This document shows positions 38,321-54,329 of a DNA stretch of 64,000 nucleotides, in pieces. Location: the NCBI RefSeq assembly GCF_001194135.2, contig NC_068981.1:47510632-47574631 (forward strand), written 5' to 3'. Each line of letters begins with the position of its first letter. The first letter of the stretch is position 1. The stretch comes from Octopus bimaculoides (taxonomy: Eukaryota). Made by a program: the position numbers and the translations under genes. The notes beneath the pieces are model-generated. The model saw only the letters and a program-made list of their open reading frames with translations. It did no database searches and was not told the DNA's origin.

Positions 38321-39599
38321 TTATTAAATATTTTAATATATATTTTTTATTTATCAAGAAAGCTCTGCGAATAGGATTAACGCTAAATGACACCGTGTAT
38401 TCACCATCATATTCAAATCGAGATAGGAATGCATATAACAAAAACTGTATCCATTTATTTAGAGACATTTTCCTTAAGTATAAATTGTAAAGCCCCTAAA
38501 AGTGAGGTCGGAATATATGAATTTAGGACGGCTGTTGTTTCGGGTTAAGAACAGTAGATCATGCATGGTGATAGAATGGATATCTTATATCACTTTGAAT
38601 GAGGGCTCAATAACTGATAGTCATTAATCTTGGTTATATATTCAACGCGAAAGAAAGTTTTTGTATATAATTTGCTAAGAATCTCATCAGTATATACGGC
38701 GTTGCCCTCCGATCTTTATGAAAACGATGTTATATTTTTATACTTTTGCCATTGTATGTCCAGCAGCACGAGTAAAACTGTGTTTATTTTTTTTCTAATG
38801 ATCTGTTCACATACCTCACCTAAAAAAAGGAAAACCCAGATAAACGGTATTATTCACATGGTGTCCCAGAGTGGAAATAAAGTGTCTAATCGCTAGTGCT
38901 GAGTCCGTATATGGGCACAATGTAGGTGACTGGAGAAAATGAAATTGTTCAATCGAATGACATTGAAAACATGTGGCATGAGACTTGTCTGCTCAGTAGA
39001 AGGAAGCAAATCTAACCGTAGAAAAAGGAACCGCTTTACGATAATAATTGAATGAGCGATACTGAGTGAATCAGTTGAGCAGTTCTCTCCGTGCAATATA
39101 TACTGTCTCTGTAGCAGCATATTTTAATTCCTTTAGGTACTACTGGTTTCAGTGCTTCGTCTAGCTTAAAGAAAATTAGTGGATATATGTATTCTAAAGT
39201 TCCGAAGAAACATACTAACCGTTGTCATGTACATTTCGCTGTGGATTTGCATTTCATTATTATCATTATTACTATTATTATTATTATTGATTCTTAATAT
39301 TTATGGCTAGCGTAAATGCTGTAATTGCATTTCATTGCATTTCAGGAGATTGGGACCTGATGCTTTCTTGAAGCGATTAAGTATTTCACTTCTGGTAACT
39401 TAAACTTTTGCATGTACTATTTCAGGATCAATAGGAGGACTGCCTCTCAAGTTAAAACAACAGTCGATAGAAATTGAGCGCAGGCAATTAGTAAGGTGTG
39501 AATTAGTGTACCTTTCAGAGTTTCTATAATTAGAGGCAACCGGAGTCAGATCGTTGGACTACAAGAAAGAATCATATAAAAGCCAGATCAGAATTACTG

Positions 39600-39790
39600 G
39601 GTAACAAGAATGTACATAATGCTATTCCATATTTTTGAGATGAGGAAGTATGTACATTATTTTCCTTGGATAGATAGGTATCCTCAACTTTATTATTGTT
39701 ACCAAAACGTTTAGGAGAATGCACTATCCAACCTTCATTAGGTTTTCTGGTGGAATTTTGAACCCAACTCTTTATTTGATTTATGGAGGA
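39600..39790 (-). mobile_element. Older relative of the SINE A / Penelope-like tail
   Basis: Reverse complement: gggttcaaaattccaccagaaaacctaatgaaggttggatagtgcattctcctaaacgttttggtaacaataataaagttgagga, alignable to the family A tail. Confidence 0.6.
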
Positions 39791-41758
39791 CTCTGTTCTC
39801 ATTCGTAAGGCATTCTTTTGTTTTTTGCTTTGTTAATTCTATTGATATTATTTCCCAAGTCCCTGTCTTGGACGGAACACACAATCTGAGAATTAGCACT
39901 CTGCGATCTTATTCGTTAAGCTATATGCACGTAGACATTTATAGATTGAATTTGGCGGCTTATAAACCTATTATTTCATCTTTACTTTATATCGGATCTA
40001 CTCTAAAATTTATCCTAATCCTCTCCGCCCAGTATTGATCTTGCTGTTGCCTTATCCAATAAGCGTAAACCTAAATCCTACAACATAACTATATATATAT
40101 ATATATATATAAAACATAGTTCAATACAGTAAAAACACTAACAACGAACATAATAGCATATACCACACACATAACCATAGGACTATAACCAGCAGAAAAC
40201 AGGTACGAACATCACCGCTTCTGAGGAAGGTCGGGATACGGCTAAAATGACTTAATACTAATAGCACTACTACTACTTACGCTGACAAATCTAGTACGAC
40301 CAGTACTACCACCATCACAACCGCCACCACCACCGCCATCACTACTACTACTACTACGCTAGATAATTTTTTGCCGCTTTAGACAAATGCTTCCCAAAAT
40401 CAAATAAAGCCATTGTATTTTTAATAGCCACAGTGTGAAGGTCTTTCGTTAATTCTATTAATTTAGAGAAGCATATGCACCGCATTAATAATAGTAAAAT
40501 AAAAGAACAGTTCAATAAACATTGTACTGGAACTGGCAAAATCAAAATTGCAAGAAAGATGTAAACCGGAACGAAAAACACCAGATATGATGCTAGATGC
40601 AGTAGTCATGATATAGGTAATAACGTCGGAAAGTGAAGTCAGAGCTGCCATATATATACAGCTAGATATAATAAATGCTCATGCAGAGAGAAACTGAGTT
40701 GGCCATTGATGAACCTCTGACTGAGTACAAATCTTGTATATAAATGTACCGTAACACACAAGTGAAGAACTGTATGTTTACATTAACGCAACATGTAATT
40801 AATTCAAGAATCCTTATCGCAAACATGTCACCAGCTTCAAGAAAATGAACAAGGGATATCCAACATTTTTGGCTGATGTTGTGTGGGGACTGAGAGATAA
40901 AATTATGAATAAGATAACTTGGTTCATTGTAAGGCTCTGAAAAACCATATAATATCATTTCCAGGAGATGCTGACCATGCTAAGAAGAATCCCTGCGTAT
41001 TCTGCAGACCAAAGAGATCATTAATAGAATTTCAGAAAACAATTTAAGTTTCTTAAATGTATATAATTGATCTTTCACACAATGCAGTAGGAACAAATAT
41101 CAGCACACGTTTACCTAAGATAATCATAAGTCACCTTAAGGTATAGATGAATTAAATTTAGCTCCAACCTTCCCATTCTTATAAACACCAAGTAGCTATT
41201 TAATTCGCTATATGCTCTTACGTACGCCAAACCACACGTGTGCATATGATTATCTTCATGGATGTTGCTACGCACCAGTGTAGGACATGCGTCATACAAC
41301 GTATGCGATGTCGTTTAACATCTATATCTGTTAACGTTTATATTTAACTTTTTTCGGACTATTGTGTATTCGCGCGCAGACTTGAATGACAAATAACATT
41401 ATCCTTTAGAAGAATAGAGGTCATAATTGATTGAATTGATATTAGAAAGCGATAGTCAGTTGAATTGATGCAACGTGGGAAGCAACAACACATGCTTGAG
41501 ATATTACGGCATGATAAATGTAAAGGAAGTAACTTCAAATTGTGAATTTAATTGGAACTATAATCGTTCATATGTTATGAACGTTATTGTTTTTAGTTTA
41601 AAACGATGGATTCAAGACTAACAGCATCACGTTATTGCATTTAAATTCATTTGTATAGGGATAAATTATTGTAACTTGCTATATAAACCATTGATTCTCT
41701 ATTTCTCGGAAGGTAAATTGTTCAGTCGAACATATATATATTTTAAAGTATGAAACGA

Positions 41759-41762
41759 TGTG

Positions 41763-41833
<71 letters not shown>
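41759..41833. repeat. (CA)n microsatellite running into a gap
   Basis: Direct observation. Confidence 0.95.
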
Positions 41834-42282
41834 NNNNNNNNNNNNNNNNNNNNNNNNNNNNNNNNNNNNNNNNNNNNNNNNNNNNNNNNNNNNNNNNNNN
41901 NNNNNNNNNNNNNNNNNNNNNNNNNNNNNNNNNNNNNNNNNNNNNNNNNNNNNNNNNNNNNNNNNNNNNNNNNNNNNNNNNNNNNNNNNNNNNNNNNNNN
42001 NNNNNNNNNNNNNNNNNNNNNNNNNNNNNNNNNNNNNNNNNNNNNNNNNNNNNNNNNNNNNNNNNNNNNNNNNNNNNNNNNNNNNNNNNNNNNNNNNNNN
42101 NNNNNNNNNNNNNNNNNNNNNNNNNNNNNNNNNNNNNNNNNNNNNNNNNNNNNNNNNNNNNNNNNNNNNNNNNNNNNNNNNNNNNNNNNNNNNNNNNNNN
42201 NNNNNNNNNNNNNNNNNNNNNNNNNNNNNNNNNNNNNNNNNNNNNNNNNNNNNNNNNNNNNNNNNNNNNNNNNNNNNNNNNN

Positions 42283-42323
<41 letters not shown>

Positions 42324-42351
42324 TCCTTATTTATATAAAATTATATGCTCC

Positions 42352-42722
42352 TTTTCCCCTTTACTCCCTTTTATTTGTTTCAGTCATTTGATGTGGCTAT
42401 GCTGGGACACCGCCTTTAGTGTGACAATCGACACCAGAACTTATTCTTTGGAAGACTAGTAGTTATTCTATCGGTATCTTCTATTGAACCGCTAGGTTAC
42501 GGGAACGTAAACACGACACCATCTGTTTTCAAGCGATGTCGGGTGGACAAACACACACACATGCATATATATGACGTGCTTCTTTCAGTTTCCGTCTACC
42601 ACAAAGCTTTGGTCGGCTCGAGGCTATAGTTGAAGACACTTTCCCAAGGTGCCACGCAGTGTGAATGAATTCGGAACCGTGTGGCTGGTAAGCAAGCTAC
42701 TTATCACACAGCCACTCCTGCT

Positions 42723-42725
<3 letters not shown>
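42352..42725 (-). mobile_element. tRNA-derived SINE family D (CORE-like central segment)
   Basis: Reverse complement: aggagcaggagtggctgtgtgataagtagcttgcttaccagccacacggttccgaattc..gtggcaccttgggaaagtgtctt..gtagacggaaactgaaagaagc. The caccttggg.aagt segment resembles the CORE-SINE motif. Confidence 0.8.
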
Positions 42726-42758
<33 letters not shown>

Positions 42759-45700
42759 CATACATATATGTGTGTGTGTATAGATAGACATAGAGATATA
42801 CATACATGCATACACGCATTCGTAGAGACATAATTGTGGGCCTCATATGCAGAGTATAAGATATCTATGGTGTATAGATCAAGAATAATTTCTTCAATAG
42901 TTAGACACTAGTCTGATTGATATTTTAACATTCTGTTAATTCATTTATTACAGCATGCAAAGCGTCTCTGGCTCCTATTGTGAAATTCATTCATGAGATA
43001 TATCGAGAAAACATTTTCTTAATTATACTAGATAGAAATATATATTTACTTCTTTATATCTTCTCTGTTGATTACTGTCCGAATAAATATTAGGAATATG
43101 AATGAATATGAATTTAATGGACATTCAATCGAACGTCAAAAGTCGCAGCTGATAGTCTTGCTTTTGTCACCAAAGTAAAATAAGAATTTCTCTCCCCTTG
43201 TCTTAAATTTGTCATCTACCCCCATTCGTTGATTGCTCCGATTGTGTATTCACATCATGAATCGATTTTATGACCGGATAACTCACATATTTTTTAACAC
43301 TAAGTCTAATTTTTGGATAACTATGAAAAATTCCATTTTAGAATATATTTCTGCTCTGCTTTCATAAAGTTTTTACATGTTTATTCGTATCGATGTTTAT
43401 TCGTAGAGTAAAAGAAAGCACGCTGCAAGAGCAATGAGGTTGTAATTATATACATATGTACCAGTAGTACGGTGTTTTTGTAAATACCATGATAAACTGA
43501 GTGCTTTGAAATTCCATATATTATAGTTAAATCGAAAATTTATATAATATCACCAGTTTATTAAAAAAAAAAAACAATACATAGTTCTACTACCTGAACA
43601 GATGTGAGATTTGTGTGACAGTTTCCTTGTTTTATTTCATTCTACATAGCGATATTGACAACTTACACGCAATATTCAGATATAAATGGTCGAAAACACC
43701 ACCCACTATTAGAGTTTGGCAGAAGTTTTAAATCTACCGATGGACATCACGTTTCATAAATAAACTTTGTAAAATAAAATTAGGAAGGACATAAAGGATA
43801 TGAAAACCTAGATTAATAAATTAGTATTTTCAGATAAAAAAATAATAGCAACAGTTGCATAGGCAGTGATAAATATGGGAGATTGTGGCTTAAAAACATG
43901 ACGAAGCAAAATATAGAAAAATAATATCATAAAATCTTGGAATGTTATTTAGTATGGTGATAAATTTATAACCCGGTGTATTTTGGATAATTATATGTAA
44001 TATTCGGTATACGTGTTGATACGTATAAAATCTTCGGACACATATATCGGGATATCAGGAATTACTTGTCCATATGACACATCTTAATCAATATTTTGAA
44101 TGTGCCAAACTTTAAATAATCATATCCATGGTCATACAAATGAACATCCTGTTGCACAACCTATTTAGTATAATAATATAATCATAACATTGACATAGAC
44201 AATTTTGAGCAAATTGCTATAGAAGCAGATCTCAAGAATGCTATTAAAACTTGTATACGAACATAATCAAAGCAATACAAGATTATCAAACTGCTATTCT
44301 AAACTTATGCAAAAAACTCAGTATTATGTAATAACGTCATACGCCAAGTCCTCTAAAAAATATTTACTACACCATCGTCCCAAAATTCGAGATATGTAAT
44401 CGAATGCTTATATACAAATGAATTCTCCATAATATTAAATGATCACAGAGCACATTTTTCAACAATATATAGTTCTAGACGACAAAATCTAGCTATACAT
44501 TATCAAATGCTTAAAGGATTATCAAATGCTTAAAAAACGACATTAGGTTCACGGATTGGGGAATATGTAGGACAATTATTAACTGCGGCAGTCTACTTGG
44601 AAATAAAGCAAATGTTAGAATCCTATGTTTGCATGTCTTATCATTACTCGGTTATGAACTTGGATACTGTTAACTCAATACTAGAATAGAAAATTTATCA
44701 GGGGAATAATGTACAACAGTAAAGTCGTAGTGGAAAATATCTTGAATATGGAAGTTCCTTACATCCAATTGTTTTGCTCTACGAATCCAGAAATGCATCA
44801 GGAAGCTCGAATGGTTTACATAATGTTTCACAGTAACTGTTACTATCAGTGTAGATATTTCCTGCGTATCCAGTTAATGATTGGTTACATGTTCCGTTAG
44901 AAACAGCTCCAAGTGGTTTTAAAATGAAACAATAACTACATTAAGCTTATGAAACATGATAATCACAGTTTCTCATATAGTGATGCATTTGACTGCCTGT
45001 GAAGTCAGGCGGGGAATCTATGAAGCCAGACAAAATGAGAATACTCGAAATAAAACTATCGAAATGAACCAGTGGATATGTTTCGGCATACATTCAGACA
45101 AATATATAACCCCGACCGCGATTTCAGATACTGGAAAGCATTATTCAACAATGCTAAGTATGGCAAGAGCAGAATGAAATTGTGACACTCTTACAGACAT
45201 TCCTAAGAATTTTGATTTCATGCTTCAGTGCCTACTAACAATACTGGTTTTGCACGAAATTGAACACATGTACAGATTAAACGCTGCTGGGTAATATATA
45301 AACACCAGAACAAGATCTGTAGAGACTTCCTAGGATATAGGAATATATATTCTATGTCAAATCAAATTTACAATATTGCAAAAATATCCTTCTCGCCATT
45401 AATTGAAGCTATAATTTTAACGCCTTTACACATACTTTCACTTCTCTCGATATTATTTTAAGACACTTTCTTCTACATCTCTATGTGTACTATACCTATC
45501 AGCAGCACTTCAAGCTATATATATATATATATATGTTTGTGTGTGTGTGTGAGCATATTCTCATATATACCATGGTGGTGAGCTTGCTGAGTGTGAACGT
45601 ATGTATGTATGTATGTGTGTATAAATGTGTATTATTGTATGTGCGTAATTTTTCTGTATATGTATTAGTGCATTGCTCTGCATATGTGTAGTTCCTGTGT

Positions 45701-47111
45701 ATCTGAGTGTATGTTCATGACGGTCTGTGTCTTTGTGTGAGAATATATTTGTGTAAGTATGTGTCTATATATATTACCCTTTTATCTAATTACAATATCT
45801 TCCGAAACATATTTTTACAAGGAGCAACTGTCGGAATCTGAACTTCTAAGCCGCTCAAATATATACGTTTATCACACAAGCTCTCTTTAAAATTGGTTTT
45901 CTACATGTGAATAACATTTTCATTTTGCTTAAAGTGCATGAATGACAGCAATATGTATTATGAAATTTCCATTTGTCAAATAGTTATGTGTGCCGTTACT
46001 ATAATAATTAGCTAAACTAGTTACTCCTTTGACACTTCTAAAGCGGGAGTATCCAAGAAGGATTCAATGAATATAGTTTTTTTTTATGTGCATATATCAT
46101 AAGACTAGTGCAGAAGCAGACAAATATTTATGATGTTTATGGGAAGAACTTTGAAAACGAAATTTTTAAAAGAAATTTGATAAAGGTAGTTTGAAATTTT
46201 AGGGGATGATTTCAGGTTAAACATTGCTCCAAAGATATGTCATTGAGTTCTTACATGTTCAGGGAAATGTGTTGTAATAGTATATGAAGTAACCCGGAAT
46301 CTGCACTCGGGTCATTCAACAAGTCATCAGGCTTTCCAAAGAGTTGACAGGCACCTCAACTTTGACAATGTGACCCCGTAGTTTGACAGTAAACAACTTT
46401 ACAACACAGGTGGATATCTGAATTTCTCAGTTATCTCCAGAACGCCAACTAGAATTCAAAGACCTTCATGACTTGTAATGAAAACTGGATAATTTGTGAG
46501 AAAAGTAAGCGACACAGAGAGTGATGTAGCGAAGACATACTAATCGAAACTGTAGCAAAAATAGGATGTCCATCCCTGAAAGTAGTGCTTGGTAGGATTA
46601 TGTCACTGTAATCCATTTAGTGAAACTATTGCAGCAGACGATTCTATCAGCAGTTAAAAAAGTTTAAGAACAGTGGTTTAAATCATTAATCACAAGGTTT
46701 TGATGTTATTCCATGGAAATACATGGAAATAAATCAATGCAGCAAGTGAGAAACGTGTCAAAATCTCCATATCAAATAGTACGTCCTCCGCCTGGTGAAA
46801 ACCTGTACTGATGTACTAGTATGAATGTAGAGAAAAAAGTGTAAACCAATCTCTCACGATTCTTAATCGTTTAATTCATCTCTAACGTGATTCTAGTAGC
46901 ATATTAGCATTATGAATATTTCACGCAAGCAAGTAAAACCTAAGTACTATAATATAAGAGAAAATTAAATAATGTTTTGCACTAGTTTACAAAATCAATA
47001 TGTAATGAATTGTTAGTACATTTTTCCTTTTAATTTAGTTGTATTTAATTTAGTTTTTCTAAATGTCCTATATGATCTTACACGGATTCGTACAATTTTA
47101 AATGTTTCACG

Positions 47112-47935
<824 letters not shown>

Positions 47936-50900
47936 CCTTATACGAGTTGGATAATGGCATACAGTTTGCAGTAAATGATTGCTTTCAGTAAAAATCAGCA
48001 AATGCTAAAATAATATAATGTATACATTTACATAGCTGTTCTTACTTGTTTACATTCCGTTAAATATTATACGAACTTGGACTAATGGTTAGCCTTCCTA
48101 TGTGAAGCTGATTGAATAGACCGTAGTCTCCTTCCTTCTAATTGTCATATTATGTTTAATAGGAAAGTTCTCACACTACTTTTAATCGCATTCACAAACT
48201 TATATGTAACACAGGGTAATAATAATAAAATGAAATGAGTATTGAAATGTAATATTTGCAGCAAATTGGCAAAATTTAAAACACAGGTGTGATATTTTCC
48301 CACAGAAATGAGTGCATCAAGGTTGGATAACTGAAATCACTTCCGTTAATAACTATGATTCAAAAGATTTACAGCATTTCTTAATTTCGACAGTAAGGTA
48401 TTCTATTGGTATCTCGAAAGAATTAATTACTGTATTTAATTGTCACTTTAAAGTATATTTCAGTAGCTGCGTAGTCCAGAGTGTTTTCTAAATTTGACGG
48501 GACCTGTAACTGTTTTAAATATGGTCTTACATTTTACTATTCCGTTAACTAAAGAATAAATTGCTGATATCTTTTAAGTGAAAGATTACAATGGCTCGGC
48601 TGTGCATAAATCATAAATCAGCGCTTAAATATTACAGGCTACTGTATGAACATATATAACCACCTATATTATTGCTGTTATTATAATCAATTATTTATAT
48701 TCACCACAGATAATAATAACAACAATGATATCTTTATGAAAGTTCACATTTGAGCATTCACTATTTTTTATTAATATATTTACACTGAGGCCGTTCTGTT
48801 TTTGTTGGAATACAAATCAGAACGCTGGCAATCTTCAACGTAATGAGTTTGAATTTTGTTCCCTCAGTAAGTGTTACTGAGGATTGTTGAGGCTCGACGG
48901 CCAGAACTTTAGATCATGTTACAAGAATATCCAAGTGCCATTAATGTGATGGCATGTTTTGATTCGTTACCCGTTTGCTCGATTACTGTTGTTTTGTCAT
49001 ATTTTCACCTCTATCCGTGGTTATATTTGAGTTTTAACTTCTATTTCTAACAGGTTTGTCGCTTAGTACGCCCATATTTTGAATACTGATTTTAATTCTA
49101 TAGCTATTTAACGCTGTTCATTACCTGTAATCACCTATATTATTACTCTTATTATCAATTATTTATATTCACCATGATATTACAAATCATATATTTATCA
49201 GTGTTCCCATTGGGGTATCAACTCTTTATATATATNNNNNNNNNNNNNNNNNNNNNNNNNNNNNNNNNNNNNNNNNNNNNNNNNNNNNNNNNNNNNNNNN
49301 NNNNTATATATATATATATATCAAATATATAAACAGAAAATCATGAAAATATGTCCGAGATTTTAAATGTATTTCGGTATGTAGTCTAAAAGCCAGTGTA
49401 AGTGTTTGCCTGTGAAATAAGTCTTGATTTATGTATGCAAATCCTGATTTTTCCCTCACTACAGCACAGTGATGATAAGAAATGTGTTCTTTGTGAATAT
49501 ATAGAGTGGCTAATGTTGAATGTATTGAGTCCAAATATCAGTATTATAACGTTCGAATATATTGTGAAGTAGCTGACCGCCCTAATGTACTTACTAGGTG
49601 AATTTAGATTTTAAGGGTGATCGAATCCACTTTTCATCTATTTGCAAGTATTTATGTTAAGCCTAACGATAATAATTCAATTTTTGTTCTCAAAAATTCC
49701 AGAGTCAGGTGCAGCATCTTCAAAATGAAATGCATTTTATGCACAACCATACATTAAATGTTAATGAAACGTAAATCAACAAATCTGTTTTTATCAACTT
49801 ATATTTGAGCCACATCCAATTAGCAAACCTCCATAATTATTATCTAATATACTTTCCCTTAAAAATAGTCATGACGAACTGTGGATTACTGTAATAATAC
49901 GCAAGATGTAAGGTGATTTTTAAGTAAAAATCAACGATAAAAAAGCAAAAATGTGTTAAAATGAGACAGGAGATACAAAAATTATGTACTTCACCGGTAC
50001 ACATATCATTCTAAATGCTGCGCCTAATATAACTTTACATTTCTAAACACCAGTGAATACACCATCATTTTCACAGGTGGAATCATTTATAAATACTAGT
50101 ACACAGAAAAATAGTATTTGAACCGGCGACAAATAGTATAATTCCATGCTTCAATATAATTAACACTCATAAATATGAGTGTTAATTATATTGTAGCATG
50201 AAATTATACTAGACAGAGTTAAGACATAGTATAGGCTCTGTAGGCTGTAAAGTCCTAAATATTTGTGCTTATTGTACATTATGTTAGCACGATGATGGAG
50301 TTTCGTATTCAGGAATATTATCTGTCCTTTACTGCTACAACTAAGTCTTATTTTAAAATTTGTATGGCCTGCAAACATTTCTCGGAGGAAGTCAATGTCG
50401 CTCTAGTAAGAATATATGAAAATGAATAAATTTCCTAATTCAGCATCATGATGTTTTTTTTATTCTCACCCAGCGAATCACAACTGATAGCTGAAATAAT
50501 GTTACTGTTCTGTTTCATACTTCCGTGAGAGTGGAATACCACATCTATTAAGTTTGCTGTTCATTACGGTGTCTAGAAATAGCTCTCAAAATAATTTCAT
50601 TGCGAAGGAAGAAAGTGGCATTGAAAAGCCAAGAAATGATAGCATATGTACAGTAACACTCTTTTTCACTTTACGTAAGACCATGTTGAGAAATATATCT
50701 CGTAATGTGAGAGAATTTTGTATAAAATTAAATTGATGATGTAGAACGTTTAGAAACCATGATTATAAGTGAGATGGTGTTGTTAACAATGATATTATGA
50801 ATACTGCTGTAATATTGTCATACTTCTTGGTTAAAATCATTTTATTTGTGTCTATATAGTGTAAGTGCAATTTAGAACAGGACACCACATAACGTATGCT

Positions 50901-52119
50901 AGCAGATTGGCTAGCAAACTAAACTGGTAATTTGTTATACTGATAACATTATTGAATATAAAATTATTTCGTCTATTGTATGTAATGCATAACAAAGGTG
51001 GTGATGGCTGGTGTTGGGTTTGTGTATCGGAGGTATTTTATATTAATAAAATTATATGGAATATTATTAATGAGTGAAGTGAATAGAACGTAAAATACCA
51101 GGACCTTAATATAAATCGAGGTTACATACTAACTATGCTTAACTTTACACTAAATTATATGTACACTTAATAAACTTTATAACGAAGATAAATGCTATTG
51201 AATAATTTCCTGTCTTACGTAATGATTAATCTACCTCACCTTAGTAACAGACACTGTATTCTACTATGTTCGAATATTATATTCTACTATTTGTAAGAAT
51301 AATTACTGCCCATTAATGCAGGCATCCTAATTTAAGCCGTTTATATATGTTAGCTAATTCCCTACCTTTGTTTACCATGATTCACACTTTATTTTATTAA
51401 ACCATATGAGGATCGTCTACTACTTAGATCAATACAATTGAATAATTCCCAGCCTTATTAACCATAATTTATTTTCAACTTAGTAATAAATAAAGTATTA
51501 GACCCGTTTGAAAACTTTTGCAATCTGTAAAAATACTTAATTTTCGCAGACGCCAGCAACTTAAATGTAAATATTTCCTATACAGCAATTACACCTAGCG
51601 TTACTCTTAATTATTAAACTTTCACAAATGAACTTTTACCCAAGTTCAATAGAAATGAATAAATCTCTGCTGCGGTTAGCCATACTTTCGTTTCATCTTA
51701 GTTACAGAAAATGTATTAAACCATATTTAGATATTCAGTTGTTGGTAAGTTACATTTCACCCACTGATCTATAGCATTCATATGTATTATATTTCACGCC
51801 TGGTATATATTGCACATATTCAAATTACTGCTTTATAAAGAGCAAATGATTCTGTAATTCTACACATGGAAAACACTGTATTCCTTTTTGTTTCCACCTT
51901 AGACATTATTTTCCTTTTATTCTTGTGCATGATTCATGAACTGTACACTTACAGTCCAGTCGTTCAGATTCAATGTAATTGAAGCGTTTACTTCATAACG
52001 ATATGGACAGACAATAAATTTCACAATGAGCCTGTATTCATATCTGTTATATTAAGATATTTATAATTATTTATTTGAATGCATGTACATGTCTATGCGC
52101 GTATATATGTTTATACTCC

Positions 52120-52165
<46 letters not shown>

Positions 52166-53670
52166 ATGTATTGTACTACACTGAAATTCTAATTACATGA
52201 TGATGGCATCGAAACAGGCGTAATCTTAAGAATGACCAGTGGCGAAATAAATTCATTCTCCACTCATACTTCCTCACTACATTTAGTTTTCATATATGTG
52301 AGTGTGTGTGCTTATATGTGTGTATGTATGTATATATATACATATATAAATATGCTTATATGAGTGTGTATGTGCGTTCGTATATGTGTCTGTGTGTGGT
52401 CTGGTATGTGTAAAGAGAAGTATAACAGCCAAAAATAATCGCGAGGGAAATGAGAGTTTGAGGTGATAATGAGAGGATAGCAAGATTTATGCATATTATA
52501 TCACGGGAGAGACGGTATTTATCATTTTTGCAAATCGTTTTTCGTACACTAGATATATTATATATAGTATACGTAATACTTACATGATGACAACGAAACT
52601 GGCTGTTCTTTATCGTAAAATATGTAGATCAAAGTGCAAGATATTAATTTTTACCGACTAATTTCTAGTAAAACGAAAAAAATGTGAATTTATATATTCA
52701 TTTCACGAGAAATCAAATGAAATAATTTATTAGAAACTTAAATTTCCTCAACCTTTTTAAAATTCAGCATAATACCAAATGGTACCAGACGTAAAATCTC
52801 CAGCTACGAAATGAGTCAAATTTCTTTCAAAATTATTCAAGCTTTCATTAACCTAGACATGAATATTTCATGTTTATCTCTTAAAACAAAATATATTCAC
52901 TTCCTAAATAGTGTATTATTTTATAGACACTAACACGCCTAGATAGAGGAAGATGACCACGTACATACAACCACATACATAAACAAGCAGACAAATATAT
53001 AAATACATAACAATATGTGAGCATATATGTACATATATACAATTTATAAATATACCTACCTATGTATAACATATACATAGATATAAAATTATAGATGCAC
53101 ACGGCCATGTAAATTCACATCTCTATATACTCCCATTCTTTCTCACATATGTTTCCGTGTGTGGGGGATGTGTTTGTGAGGGAGTTAACGTGTGTATGTA
53201 TAAATGTATCATGTTTGCGTGTACACAGACACACAAAGACGCAGTAAATACACACACACACTCACATATGTATGTGTGTATATATATGTATGCATATATA
53301 TATATATACGTTCATACTGGAAAACATAATTGTGTCTATTTAAGTAAAATAACTAGTTACTTCATAATTATATACTTCACGGTGCATTTACATTATCATT
53401 TCGTTGAAATCGGAGACATATTCAAGTAAGGGGTGTTGAATTCGAAATCGATGATGTGTTATAAATGTAAATGTAAAGTGATGCGGTGGAGCATATAAAT
53501 GAAAGAAAATGTTCCTCCGTCGGTGGCGGCGGTAAATATTCATTCCTTTATAAAACTAAATTTCCTGCTCAATCAATTAGCCTGGAAATATATCATTATG
53601 CAAATGAATATTTAATGTTGTTTTCATACTGAGTCTTAATCATTGCGGCAGCATTTTTGACAATATGATA

Positions 53671-53911
53671 CAGGCATATTGCGTAGTGGTTAAGAGCGCG
53701 GGCTACTAACCCCAAGATTCCGAGTTCGATTCCAAGCAGTGACTTGAACAACAATAATAATAACAAGGACAACAGCATCGAAAAATAGATTTTAAATGAG
53801 AATCCTGGTTCAAAATTTCCCCAAGACACTTGATAAAGGCTGGAGGTTATTTAACAACAAACAAGATGAGGACAAATATCCGTAAATGTAAATAATGTAA
53901 ATAATGTAAAT
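53671..53911 (+). mobile_element. SINE family A, complete head and tail, hammerhead region partly deleted
   Basis: caggcatattgcgtagtggttaagagcgcgggctactaaccccaagattccgagttcgattcc...ccccaagacacttgataaaggctggagg[deletion]aacaacaaacaagatgaggacaaatatccg, then a short tgtaaataa tandem tail. Confidence 0.85.
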
Positions 53912-54329
53912 CAGAAGCATTTCTAAACAGCTTCTGTACATACAATACATTCAGTATGCTTGGTTCGACGCAAACGTATGCTATATAACACTTGGCCAAT
54001 GCTTCCTTTAAAAGAATTGAATGTAGGTCCTCAGGGATGTGGAAAATGCTTCATACATCATCTAGCAAAGATTTAGCCATATTGCAAACTGTTCCGAAAT
54101 ACAAAAATATGTCTGTTGGGGTATAGCAACACAAATGAATATCAAACCAAGGAAACAAAAAAAAAAAAATTAAAAATAAAATTAAATCTAAAAAAGCAGA
54201 TACACACTCATATACACACATATACAGATATAACTTACAGATACAACTATACAATTACATATATGTATGTACACACACGCATATACACACATATGTCTGC
54301 CAGTGAATGTATGCAAGTTTAAACATAAA

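Noticed and set aside
40215-40255. ctgagga-a-ggtcg-ggata-cggct-aaaa as another hammerhead
   Set aside because: GAAA is missing, helix II relies on two wobble pairs, there are no helix I/III partners and no second copy; chance is not excluded.
43700-45200. Possible very old Penelope/LINE coding remnant
   Set aside because: Only vague YVGQ/CG-type fragments that I could not align consistently.
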